From: Carcharhinus longimanus
Lineage: Eukaryota
Length of the DNA: 64,000 nt
Direction of reading: 5' to 3'
Assembly: GCA_030264375.1 (NCBI GenBank)
Contig: JASCQW010000163.1
Coordinates: 21,495,899 to 21,559,898 of the forward strand
This document shows positions 37,800-50,212 of this stretch, one piece after another (the first letter of the stretch is position 1; each line of letters begins with the position of its first letter). Under the pieces are notes generated by a model, which was given only the letters and a program-made list of their open reading frames with translations, did not search any database and was not told the DNA's origin. The position numbers and the translations under genes were made by a program.

Positions 37800-39620
37800 T
37801 TATTCATTCAAGGGATTTGGGCAACATTGGCTAGGCCAGAATTTATTACCCATCCCTAATCGCCCCTGAGAATGTGGTGGTGAATTACCTTTTTGAACTG
37901 CTAATCCATGTAATGTAGGGACTCCACAGTGCTGTTGGGGTGAAGATTGTATTCTCAGTTACAAATGGTGCTAAACATTGTGAAATCATCAATGAACATC
38001 CCCATTTCTGATCTTATGGAAGGAAGATCACTGTTGAAGCTGCTGGAGATGTTTGAGTCTTGGAGACTATCCCATGGATCTGAGGTGACTGACTTCCCAC
38101 AATCACAGCCATCTTCCTTTGTTCTAGGTATGGGCTCCTTGATGCCACAAGATGAAATGTGGTCTTGATGTCAAGGGCAGTGACTTCCCTTCCCCTCTGG
38201 TGTTCCACTCTTGTCCATGTTGAACCAAAGTGTAATGAAGTCAGGAGCTCATACAGGACCGACGTGGGCAACATTACATAGAACATAGAACACTACAGCA
38301 CAAACAGGCCCTTCGGCCCACGAGTTGCGCCGATCACATCAACACCTACCNNNNNNNNNNNNNNNNNNNNNNNNNNNNNNNNNNNNNNNNNNNNNNNNNN
38401 NNNNNNNNNNNNNNNNNNNNNNNNNNNNNNNNNNNNNNNNNNNNNNNNNNNNNNNNNNNNNNNNNNNNNNNNNNNNNNNNNNNNNNNNNNNNNNNNNNNN
38501 NNNNNNNNNNNNNNNNNNNNNNNNNNNNNNNNNNNNNNNNNNNNNNNNNNNNNNNNNNNNNNNNNNNNNNNNNNNNNNNNNNNNNNNNNNNNNNNNNNNN
38601 NNNNNNNNNNNNNNNNNNNNNNNNNNNNNNNNNNNNNNNNNNNNNNNNNNNNNNNNNNNNNNNNNNNNNNNNNNNNNNNNNNNNNNNNNNNNNNNNNNNN
38701 NNNNNNNNNNNNNNNNNNNNNNNNNNNNNNNNNNNNNNNNNNNNNNNNNNNNNNGTGCTGCTGTTTGCATGCTCTGCTGCACTCTTCATTGAACCAGGGT
38801 TGATCCCCTGGTTTGATGGCAATGATAGAGTGGGAGAGGGGCTGGGCTATGAGGTTACTGCGTCTGATTGTTGCCCAGTCTTGAGTTGCTAGGTAAGTTT
38901 GAAATATATCTGATAATGCCACAGTACATGATGGAGGGTTTCCTCAATGCAAAGATAGGACTTTGTCACCACAGAGACGATGCGGTCGTCATTTCCACTG
39001 ATAATGTATTGAATAGTTGCATCTGTGGCAAATGTGTTGATGTGGATGAGGTCAGTTAGGTTTTCCCCTCTTGTTGGTTCCCTCACCACCTGCTGCAGAC
39101 CCAGTCTAGCAGCTTTATCCTTTTAGAAGTCAACCAGCTCGATCAGTAGGAGAACTACTAAGCTACTCAAGTCCCCTCCCTTGCCAACCTTGGTGCTTCT
39201 TCCAAGTGGTGTTCAACACTGGTTCATCAGTTGGCAGGGGGTCAATACATGGTAATCATCAGGTTTTCCTGCTCATGTTTGACCTGAAGCCATGAGACCA
39301 TGGGTTTGGTAATAGTTTGTTTAGGACTCCTCCTTGTGGTGCCACCTCTGCCATGGAGACAGGACAAATTCCGGGTTGGCGATAGCACTGCTTGGGCTAT
39401 TGTCTGAAAGATATGATTCTGTGTATATGACTGTTAGTCTGTGAAATAGCTCTCCCAATTGTGGCACAAGTCATCAGTCCATAAGGACTTTGCAGAGTTG
39501 ACAGCACTGAGTTATTGTTTCCGGTGCCTTGGTCAATGCTGGGTGGTCCGTCCAGTTTTATTGAATATTTTTTAATTGTTTGATATAATTGAGAGGTTTG
39601 CTAGGCCATTCAAGAACTCA
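37800..39620 (-). mobile_element. CR1/L2-group LINE, internally deleted, with a CR1 tail (38277-38350) and a gap inside
   Basis: IKPGDQPWFNEEC, VREPTRGENLTDL and VTALDIK motifs; same 3' tail and same 5' junction sequence as 52140-54650. Confidence 0.82.
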
Positions 39621-39639
39621 ATTATTACTGTATAAAATG

Positions 39640-39990
39640 TAGCTATTTAGCCCATTCTGTCTGTCCTGCCTTGACATAGAACATCATGACCTAATGTCAT
39701 TACCCTGTCTTTTTCATCTGATGTTTTCTTGAATGCCTTGATTAAACCTGCCTCCACCACACTTGCGGCAATTCATACCAGATCCACGCCATTCATTTCA
39801 GAGTTTTTTTTCCACTTCACATTTGCTTATTTTGCAAACGACTTTAAATCTATGCCTTATCGTTCTCTATTCTTCGATGAGCAGGAACAATTTAGTACTA
39901 TCTATTCTGTCCGGCCCCCTCATGATCTTGAACATCTCTATCGTATCTCCTCTTAGTCTTTTTCTCTTCAAGGAATGTCTCCAATCTATT
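39640..39990 (-). mobile_element. CR1 3' fragment
   Basis: SLKRKRLRGDTIEMFKIMRGPD. Confidence 0.85.
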
Positions 39991-39992
39991 AA

Positions 39993-40238
39993 CATAAGAA
40001 CATAAGAAATAGGAGCAGGAGTAGGCCATCTAGCCCTTCGAGCTTGCCCCGCCATTCAATAAGATCNNNNNNNNNNNNNNNNNNNNNNNNNNNNNNNNNN
40101 NNNNNNNNNNNNNNNNNNNNNNNNNNNNNNNNNNNNNNNNNNNNNNNNNNNNNNNNNNNNNNNNNNTCTTATTGAATGGCGGGGCAGGCTCGAAGGGCTA
40201 GATGGCCTACTCCTGCTCCTATTTCTTATGTTCTTATG
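39993..40238. repeat. 72-bp inverted CR1 3' tails flanking a 100-N gap
   Basis: 39993-40064 is the reverse complement of 40167-40238 with one mismatch. Confidence 0.92.
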
Positions 40239-40325
40239 CTTTCCAATCTTCCGGCACTTCCCCAGAATCCAGCGACGTCTGGAAAATATCCACCAATTAT
40301 TCTCATAATTGAAGGCTGGAACTAC

Positions 40326-40563
40326 TCATTGTGGAGTTTGCACATTGCCTCTCCCCATGTCTGCGTGGGTTTCCTCCCACAGTCCAAAGATATGCAGGGA
40401 AGGTGGATTGGCCATGCTAAATTGCCCCTTGATGTCAAACGATGTGTGAGTTAGATGGAATAGCCATGGTAAATGCACGGGTATAGGGTGGGTGTGGAAG
40501 AGTTAGTACAGATTTGATAGGCCAAGTAGTCTCCTCCTGCACTGTAGGGATTGTATGATTCTA
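40326..40563 (+). mobile_element. 5'-truncated HE1-like SINE, tail A
   Basis: gtggagtttgcac...tgcactgtagggattgtatgattcta. Confidence 0.85.
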
Positions 40564-40623
40564 ATGAGGAATACCTGTCAGAGTTATTGTTTTCACTGAG
40601 TATTGTACTTTATGTTGCGGCAG

Positions 40624-40745
40624 AGATATCAAACTGGTGTGTGCTGATTGTCCATTTGAAGCTGATGTTACTGGTTCAGATGCCATGGCAAAACATCTTG
40701 TTCGAAACCAAAACCATGGATGTCTTATTATTTCAAAGTCTGGTG
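40624..40745 (+). CDS. ZNF280D: ZNF280D exon (122 nt, 2-1): DIKLVCADCPFEADVTGSDAMAKHLVRNQNHGCLIISKSG
   Basis: gttgcggcag|A ... GGTG|gtaagt. Last finger LVCxxCxF...MAxHL...H.C. Confidence 0.9.
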
Positions 40746-42099
40746 GTAAGTGGAAAAAAAATTGCTTATCTTTTTTATATGAAGAGCTGTTTTTACCATC
40801 AGTATCTGTTTCCTAAAAACCAAATGCTTAGAGTTAACTTCAGTACTTTTCGGGCTAACTTTCCTGTTCAGTTTACTTTGGGGGAAGGGTGTAGTGAGGT
40901 GTTTTCATGGCCATGGATGTGTTGAGATAGACTTTGCCATTGTGCAATAATGGCAGCCCTTTAACCTCAATGTTACTGCAGCTTTGACCATGTTACGTCT
41001 TTGGCCTTTTGCTTTTAAACCAACGGTCAAGAAATGCAACAGAATTGTACAGGGAATGACAAATTTGTGTCGCTGGTGTTCATTTGTAACTAAGTAATGG
41101 TGACAGGAGCTCTGTAAATCTGTAAATAAATATGCATTCCTTTTTGAAAGTTAAGCCTGTTGAAAGTTTTGTCCCTGACACTGAGAACCTGTCTTCATCG
41201 TGTTCATGTTTATCTTTTGTTATGATGATTCCTTTCATAGTTTTGAATGGAGGCTGTGATTCTGCTACTTCACAGTTGAAATAAAATCTCACCCTCCCAT
41301 CCTCAGTGAAACATCAAATATTCTTTTATTAGAATAAAATGCGTATAATTATTTATGTAATCCCTAGTAGGCCTATATGATTTGTGTTTCCTTTGACTTA
41401 CTTTGAAAAACAAATCTAGTGTTAGAATTGCCCACTTGCAGTACTTCTGTGCTGATCAAGCTAATAGTTGCCTACTGGTACTTCATTTTCTAATTTTATG
41501 TAACTGTCTGCTGAAAGTCTCCAGTAGTCCATGGATATCCTACTTAAATGATTGCCTAGTGATATGTAAACTGAACAATGGGTGTTCGCAAGATTTTTAC
41601 CTTTTGGGGTACATTGCATTTGAGTTCAATCACTTGAGCAACTCGCACAGTTGCCACAAGGGTCACTAGATATCAACAACCTCGAAGCCTGTCTTTCTTC
41701 CCCTTTGCCGAAGCTGGGGACAGTGAGTAAGTCTGTCTCAAGCATTCTACGAGGACTGGAAAATGTAATGTTGGCATGGTTCAAGATCATGGCATATTGT
41801 GTGTTTTCTCGTTAGCCTGTCATAGAATTCCAAATAAAAAGTATATACTTAATTTTATCTTAATTTTAAAATTGTCATTTTTTTTTCCCTCACTGAGTCT
41901 TCCAGGAGAGTTAGAATAAAAAGCTGATTATGAATAGTATTTCAACTATAAAGAGAGGAGTCAAAAGTGGGTGGAAATAGAGACTGAAAATACAATTAAG
42001 ACAAGGAAAAAGACATGGGAGATACTTAAAAATAAAGTTCATCATGAATGAAACAAAAATTAAGTAAACTAGTTAATTTTGAGTTATGATGACAGAAGA

Positions 42100-42478
42100 A
42101 TGAGGGGGAGATCTTATAGAAACATAAAGGAATAGATAAGATAGAAGCAGGGAGGTTGTTTCCATTAGCAGATGAAACTAGAACTAGGGGGCATGGCTCA
42201 AAATAAGAGGGAGCAGGTTTAGGACTGAGCTGAGGAGGAACTTCTTCACCCAAAGGGTTGTGAATCTGTGGAATTCCCTACCCATTGAAGCAGATGAGGC
42301 TACCTCATTGGTTTTAAGGCAAGAATAGATACATCTTTGAACAATGAAGGAATTAAGGGTTTTGGTAAGTGTGCGGGTAAGTGGAACTGAATCCACGAAA
42401 AGAGAAACCATGATCTTACTGAATGGCAGAGCAGGCTCAAGGGGCCAGATGGTTGTCTACTGTTCCTAGTTCTTATGA
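42100..42478 (+). mobile_element. CR1 LINE 3' end
   Basis: MRGDLIET..., RTRGH.LK, FFTQRVVNLWNSLP; tail gttcctagttcttatg. Confidence 0.92.
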
Positions 42479-42574
42479 TGAATTGTTGAATTTGACCAAC
42501 CTTATTCAATAGCAAATCAATTCTTAACAGGATGAAGATATATGTTTTTGATACTTTTGATTTTTTTCTTGCAG

Positions 42575-42602
42575 CTTCCACTGTTGTTGACAATGTGTTA
42601 AC
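42575..42602 (+). CDS. ZNF280D: ZNF280D 28-nt microexon (1-2): ASTVVDNVLT
   Basis: Strong acceptor gatttttttcttgcag|CT and consensus donor AAC|gtaagt. Needed to restore the frame between 40745 and 56586. Confidence 0.75.
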
Positions 42603-44962
42603 GTAAGTATGCTATTTAGTCAACATTCTTTGATATCTTCATTGAAATTGCATTTTAAGGAGTTGGGATGTTATGTTCCTTTAACTCTGTTTATTACTCT
42701 AACTTCCAAAGAATATATAAGCACTTGAAATCTTTTCTGTATAAAATTATTTTTCCTCCATTCTTTTTAACAATTTGGAACTATTATTGTTCTTGTATAT
42801 TTGCAAATATTTGAATGTAAGTGCAGTCTGTAGATTTGTAACAATGAACTAGTTATCAGAATTAAATACTTTGTCTTTTCCACCATGTTGAACAAAGTTA
42901 TCCAACTTAAAGTCTAGCTGGAGACCTGTCTGCAAGTACTTTGTAACTGGCTGCTCGAAGTGCATGAATGCGATGTGGATTCCTACCTATGACTCATTAT
43001 ACAGTAATTTTGCAAACAACAAACATTTGCTTCCTTGATCAGTGTTGTTTCACAGTTCATTTTGAATATTTGTGTCATCACAGTTGCATATCTAGCATTC
43101 ACAAGCTGTCTCATGGAATATGTATAAGTATGTAAAATGGTATTTTGTTTCTACTTGGAAGGAACGGGACTTCCTTTTTCTAAATGGAAATTTTCTGTAG
43201 AGTTGATGCACTGGATTGTATGCCAATCATTTATATCAACCGCATAACCATTGTAAGGTGTAATCTAATTTGATCACACCGATTTTATATTCGCTTTAAG
43301 TAATTCCAGGAATTATTCAACATAGCAGTTCGTTTTATTTATATACTACTGTCGTGTGATTTTTATATAAATGTTCATCAATGTCTACCTTATAGCAACT
43401 GTCTTTTAAGTGAGTGAAGCATTTCCCCTGCCAGAAGGTCTGCACTTCCAGGTATCCATTTGTTCCCAGAACAACCCCAGTGACCATTGTGATGGGCCAA
43501 CAAGTCATACCTGAGCATGAAGAGTTAATATCAGCCGACTGCACAGTTCATTTCTTTACAGATACATTAAAAGAAGCTGTAGAAATAATTATATTTATGC
43601 AGTGAATCATCGGCAAGAGTGGTGGGGGTTGCGACATTTGCAGAAAAATTAAAGTTGTACCATCTGTTCAGAGCCTCGTATTTGTCTGAGAATCAGCATT
43701 ACTTAAAATTATTTTCCCAATTGGGCACTCCTGTGAAAAGTGCGAAAATATTTTTCTTCTTGGTATAAGTAGCTCCAAAGTACTTGACTAATTTTAATGG
43801 TTGTCTTTAATTTCATGCTACTAAGCTGTAGTTGTAATTTATTATTTGATACAGATGAGTTGGTGTTTTTTCCCTAAAAGTTATAAAAATACAAGCAAAG
43901 AAAATATCCTTTCGTAGTGTGTCTATCTTTCATTTGGAATAAACTCCACGCTCAAGCAGATTTTGGTCTATTCCTTCACTGTTTATCACAGTTGGGCAAA
44001 TGTACCAACCCTCTAAAAGTCACAATCTCCCCATCTAAGGATTGTACCAGTAATTCCTCAGCCCTTTCCTGGTTCCTCGGAGTAGAGATGAACTGATAGA
44101 TGCAGGAATAGTTGAGCAACAATAATCATTGAGAAAATACTTGTATTTATACTTGAAGGGCACTTGGTATTAATGGAGGTTTTTACTTCAGTTGTGGACA
44201 TTGGGAAGCCCCTACTCCTTCACTGCTGGGTAAACAATCTACAACCAGATAATCTGTGAAAAGGGAAAGATAAATGACCTGGAAAGAAAGATGAGTGACA
44301 AGAAAAGAATACATTAATTCCATTTGGTCGATCCTTTCAGCCTAATGGTGGGCACAGTAGAATCTTTTACTCAGGTTATTGTGTTGCTATAATACAATGC
44401 ACAACTGAAAATTTAACTTTAGAAATTGGCTAATGTTGACAGCTCCAGTATACCTTAACTGGCAATTTTAAGCATATTAAAGACAAACATTCGCTTTGTA
44501 AAGATTTAAGTTATAACTCTTCCACAGCATATTCCACATGTTGAATATCATGTGAGTCTTTGAGGGGACCCACCAGATAACATTTAAAACAAAATCAAGA
44601 ATGTTTTGTCCAGGTGGTTAAGGAGTTTTTTTTATTGTTGCACTTCAGTTGTTTATTTTACAATGTTACCTGATGTGAATTTTTAAAATAAAGCATTTAA
44701 ACAACGATTTATATTTGTATAGCACTTTTAACTTAATAAAATGCCTGAAAGCAAGGAGAATTTATTGGAGGACTGCGATCATTGTGCAGTTTGATTAAGA
44801 TTGTTGGCCTTTTTTGCATGTGTGAGTGTTCCAGAAGTTGTACTGGAGCATGGCTTTCATTCTTGGACTAAAACTTCAACTAATCATCCATCTGTTGTGA
44901 TATGAGAGCTTAAGGCACTTTTAATATCCCCTTCCCTCTTTAGATGGAATATTTTTCCTTTT

Positions 44963-45378
44963 CATAGAAATCATAGAAACTGTACAGTACAAAAGCAAGC
45001 CACTCAGCTCAGAGTCTGCACCAATAACAATCCCATGCAGGCCCTATCCCCATCACCCCACACGTTTATCCCGCTACTCCCTCTAATCTACACATCCCCG
45101 GGACACTAAGGAGCAATTTAGCATGGCCAGTCAATCTAACTTGCACATCGTTGGAGTGCGGGAGGAAACCGGAGCACCCGGAGGAAACCCACACAGAAAC
45201 AGGGAGAACGGGCACACTCCATACAGTGACCCAAAACTGGAATTGAATTCGGGTCCCTGGTGCTGTGAGGCAGCAGTGCTAACCATTGTGCAGACTGTAC
45301 ACAGACAGTGACCCAAGCTGGGAATTGAACCTCGGTTTGTGGAGCTGTGAGGAAGCAGCGCTAACCACTGTGCCACCA
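44963..45378 (-). mobile_element. HE1-like SINE with two tRNA-derived heads (chimeric)
   Basis: Two A/B-box heads in tandem (45378-45292 and 45287-~45225), then core and tail A. Confidence 0.9.
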
Positions 45379-45754
45379 TTTCCTGGAGGATTTGTACTTG
45401 CACTGGATGGACACCTTACTCAGAGACTGAAGCTAATTTTTTTTGGGCAGCAATAGCCTGACCAGTTGCTCACTTTTTTCAGTATATTATTGAACCACCT
45501 TAAAGTCATCGAATTGTAACACACTATTTTATTTAAGGTTTATCTGTGCAAGCAGGTGACCTAATGCCAAATTCAATTAAGAGAATCACGCTTTTGGCTT
45601 AACAATTTTGTTTAGGTTGGTCTTCTGTAATACTTGGCAATGCACATTGATCCTTGATCTGCATGCCCTAATTCTGGCCTTTTGGGTATCCTCAATTTTG
45701 ATCTTCACGCTGACGGTGCCAGTATCTGTGCCTGGAACTCGCTGAAAGGGGAGA

Positions 45755-45935
45755 TAGTGGAAGCAGATACAATAGTGACTTTTAAGGGGCGTCTGGACAA
45801 ATTTATGGATAGGATGGGAATAGAGGGATATGGATCCCGGAAGGGTAGGTGGTTTTAGTTCAGTCAGGCAGCATGGTTGGTGTAGGCTTGGAGGGCTGAA
45901 GAACCTGTTCCTGTGTTGTAATTTTCTTTGTTGTT
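45755..45935 (+). mobile_element. CR1 3' tail
   Basis: ttaaggggcgtctggacaaa...ggagggctgaagaacctgttcctgtgttgtaa. Confidence 0.8.
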
Positions 45936-45989
45936 CGTAGTTAGCATTCAGCTGCCAAGGCCAAAGTCCTGTGATTCCCTCCCAAAACA

Positions 45990-46125
45990 TTCTGTCTCTT
46001 TTAAAACATGCCTTAAAACCTCATGTCCTCATATCTCATATGGCATGGCATCAAATTTTACTTCATAGAACTCCTGTGAAGTGCCTTAGCGTATTTTATT
46101 GTGCTATATAAATGCAACTTGTTGC
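45990..46125 (+). mobile_element. L2-type 3' tail
   Basis: ctcctgtgaagtgcctt...gtgctatataaatgcaacttgttg; similar tail at 3600-3665. Confidence 0.6.
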
Positions 46126-49100
46126 AGAAAGCAAGTTGTCAATGTTAGATAAGCTTAGCTGAACAATGCAGTATTGCTTTAGATTTTAAAGGGGCAAAGA
46201 TAAATCTTTATTGAAATTGTTAGAAATTTGTCATTTAGGCCATAGTAATGCATAATGTTGAAGCAATGACAAGCTGTAATACATGGGTATTCCATTCTCT
46301 TGGTATTTAACGTTTAGGAACGCTGCGCTAATGATTAAATACATTTGGGGATTCTAATTCCCTGACCTGAAAGTGGTTTGAAAGTATCATTTGTTGTGTT
46401 TTGATTTTGTTTTACTTCATTATTTTGCTGATATTAATGATTTGTACGACTAATTACCTTTAGGAGTATGATGATGATCTTCCTGGTAATAAAACAATGT
46501 TTTATAACAACAGATGTGGTTTGCGTAATTTTAAAATTTTATTGTACAGCTTTGTGCCATTAATCAGGCCCATTTAAAGTAGTTAATGGGAATGGATTGT
46601 GAAGTAGTATCAATAGGACTCCTGTTCACTGTAAATGTAACAAAATCATTAATGAAAGTGAACTTTATTTATCCATACAGATGGCTCAAAATGAATTAGA
46701 GCTAGGGTTGGTTAGAACTATATTTCTTAGACCAGACATCCAATGAGAAAACCAATTTGTTACTAAATTAGTGATCCATGCATAATGTTGGAATGGACAT
46801 TGCCTAAGTAGTCGTCTCATAGATAAAATCAATGTATCTATTTATTCTGCTTAATGTAACATGTTGTGACGGAAAAGGACCAGAGTTTAAGCTCACAGGG
46901 TCATGAATCATGTAATAAATGATTAACTAGCTTTCATATTATATTAGTGCTGTTCTTCAATGGATAAAAATTGACACTAGCGAAGCCATGCTACGTAAAA
47001 GCAATCACCAGCCATTCTTTGACATATGAGTAGCTGTTCATAGAATGTATTCCTGTTGAAGTAAGTGCTGAACATTTTGCTGTAGAAAATTAGTGTGCAA
47101 TACTCGCCTGTTGAATCAATATACAGGAAATCTGTTGGTTTCATTGTTAGCTACTCTATCATCTGACTGTTCGTGTCTCGGATGTGTAGTTATAGTGAAT
47201 TATTTGTTGATAAACAGCAGCACGAGTGATCAACCGTTTGGAACAGTGAAAATGTTAGATCAAAAACCAATTAATACTTAAGTCACATATCATTTTTAAT
47301 GCTTTCAACACTCTCGGCCTTTAAGTAAGTTTGCTTTGCAGATCACCTGAGAAGTTGGTAAAAACAATGGTGACTTAATATTACAAACACGAAAACGGGG
47401 TAAATCAAATAAGTGTTAACAAAATCTTAAAATACAAGTTGATCTTTTTGTGTTGTATGTACATTAAGCTATTAATATTAAAGATATTGCACATAAACTG
47501 CACTCTATTGCAAAATGTTTAGTAATATTGCCAAGCAAATTTCAGTAATTTATTATTTCTTAAATCGAGCAAAATAAATTCAGAGCCTCATGAACAGATT
47601 GTGTATTACTGGTTTGACTTGCTTTTGTCTTTACTCAGATGATGGTATCTAGCTTTGTTGGATTGTACTGTTAGATGAGGCCGTAAAACGTTTGAATTAT
47701 AAATTACTAATCCTCTGATCTGGTAAAATTCATTGCTTGACGACAAGGAAGAAGCAACTTATGGAATGTGGGAGCTGGGAAAATGATTTGGCTTCATTTC
47801 CTGAGAATTATAAGGAACAAGTTGCTGCATTTTCATGGGGTTATTTCAGGCAACAGATGGAGGTGGGCTAAACCATTTAGGTCTGATACCTCTGACCTAG
47901 GTGTTGGTTTCACGTTAATCCATCCACTTTTTTCCCCCTCCAACTTTTGTGTTCAATTTGACACACTCGAGACTCCCAGATCATCTGCCCCAACCAGGGC
48001 TACAGGCAGCAAATTTAGAATTTTGCACGCTTCTTTCAGTGCTGCCCAGTGGGTCCCTAGAAATGCAATGTCTAGGTACATAGAGATGCACTCACCTGGA
48101 AAAGTTTGAACTTCATTATTTACTGTCGCTCATTTTTAAACAATTTGGTGTATTTTTAATTTAATAAAATCCAGGAAAATTGTGACATTTTGCTGCATAG
48201 AGTAACCATAACATTACTTCCTAAAAATATAATCTAAACAGTTCTCCTTTACTTCATGAAAACTGTCATTACCAGTCCATGACGTTGTCTCCCTGTACCC
48301 AACTGTCAACCTGTCAGTCAAAGAAGCATTCTCAAGCTTTAATAGCTTCCAATTGTAATTCAGAGCTACACTTTCCTTCCAGTTCTCCTGTTGGATCAGA
48401 GAGGCTTTTCCCAACCCATTTCTGGCTCTCAGATGTACTTTTGAACTGCCCCCTGTCTCGGATTCAAAAAGACACTTGTTCTGCTGCTGTCTCACCCACA
48501 TCATAAAAGTTGCTCTGCTTGATGCATTTCTCAACATTGGTTTTGGTTGCAGCTCCTGTGTGGTTTGGCTATCCAATTCTGCAGATGAGCTAAAATTCTT
48601 GAGCTGTTGCAAGAGCAGGCATTCTTTCTTGCAGATCTTCCAAATCTGGTCCAGGAAATAAGCAGTAGCAACATGCAGGAAAATGTGGTTTTCATGCCTC
48701 TTGAATTCCAGAATGAAGCTTGCAAAATTAAGTGCAAGCCAAAAGCTCAGAGGGGCATTTCCGAGTGAAAGAACCTTACCTCGTCTCCCTTTTGTTACGA
48801 ATAAAACAAATGGCTGGTGAGCTTCATACCAGCAAACATAGCATTAATTTTCTAACTATTGGACTTTGAAAACATTTGAACTTGGAATGGAATAAAGCAA
48901 TGCAACCACTGACCAGAGGAGAACAGTGCGAGGAGATAATACTTTCATAAAGTTGAATTGCCTAATTGCAAGCATTGAAACGGAGTTTAAACACACTGAC
49001 CATGCTCTGTCTCAAAAGATGTTATGCTCTTGTCTCTCAGTTGATTTGCCAATCCAGGATATAAAAGTACATGTGTTGGTGCATATTGTGCACACCTGCC

Positions 49101-50024
49101 TATGTCAGGAACTTCAAACGTGGAAAGATTTGGTTAACTACCCAAAACGTAACCATGATCCAATATGAAGAATGCTTTTTAGTGTCCTGGTTCATTTCTA
49201 GGGACTACTTTGAAAGGAAGAAAGATGTTGAATTTGAGGAGAATAGAAAATCTTGTTACAGAATATTGAGAAAGAATGCAATTTTTTTTCCTAGATACTG
49301 TATTGCAAGAAGGAAGACTGCCACTTGTGCTCAAAGTCTGATTCAGGGGTGTAATTGTATGCAGTAGATATAAAGATTAGCAACGCGGATTGCATCTAAG
49401 TCATACTGTCGATAAGGAGAGTACCATATATTTCAATTCTATGGAATATTTATTCAACAATGAATTGGACTTTTAAGGGCCACCTGTGGTTTGATTAAGT
49501 GATCATTTGTACGTCAGATTAGTTTTTTATAAATCCAAAATGGAGAACTGTTCTAGGAAGAAATATTGCTTTGGGGAAACATTGGATGTACATCAAGGTG
49601 AGTGGAATTTGTTTTGTTGAACTTGTCATCCAAGAAACGGCATCACGTTTTCCCTTCGAGAAACTAGCAAAAAGGCTATCATCATTCTTTCATTGTGAAA
49701 AATTGTCTTTAATGGACCAGCAAACCCAGGAAAACAAGTTGTCTTGGACTGCAAGTTTTGCATTCTGTTGGGTGCTATCTTTTTTCTTATTCTGTATTTA
49801 CAACATCAACATTGAGACAGCTTAATTATTTGATTCTGGAATTGCATACGTCATAAACTGGTTTATTATCAAAGACTCCTCGTTACACATTTCTAAACAG
49901 TCGCACCATTTTCAGCCTCAAAGTCAAAACATTAGCATTTTGATAAGATTATTATCCCTTACAAAATGAACATGTTTTGTTTCCTCATTTCTATCAGTGT
50001 CTCTCCTGAACCCATTGATTTTAA

Positions 50025-50212
50025 AGTAAAGTTGCCATAGTCCCAGCTGGTCAGATTGGTGGTGATTTAACCTGAAAATCACAACACCTCAGGCAAGAGG
50101 CAATGTTAAGAAGGCTGGCCTTCCTAAATAACCTTAGCTGGTATGGGAATTGAACCCATGGTGTTGGCGTCACTTTGCATTGCTAATCAGCTGTCCAACT
50201 AACTGAGCTAAA
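50025..50212 (-). mobile_element. tRNA-derived SINE, third family
   Basis: Reverse complement: ttagctcagttag (A box) ... gggttcaattccc (B box) ... cctgaggtgttgtgattttcaggttaaatcaccacc ... gactatggcaacttta. Confidence 0.8.

Noticed and set aside
38293-38922. Long ORFs spanning N runs (also 29321-29773 and 52688-53216)
   Set aside because: Artefacts of assembly gaps translated as X.
47160-47235. miR-15/16-like sequence CAGCAGCACG and possible pre-miRNA
   Set aside because: Only a ~5-7-bp pairing is visible; no extended hairpin.
49071-49500. Possible relic of a pogo HTH/DDE transposase exon (RYCIARRKTATCAQSL; HLWFD), as in POGZ
   Set aside because: Only vague resemblance over a few residues in different frames; no D-D-D/E spacing or splice support. 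A profile search would be needed.
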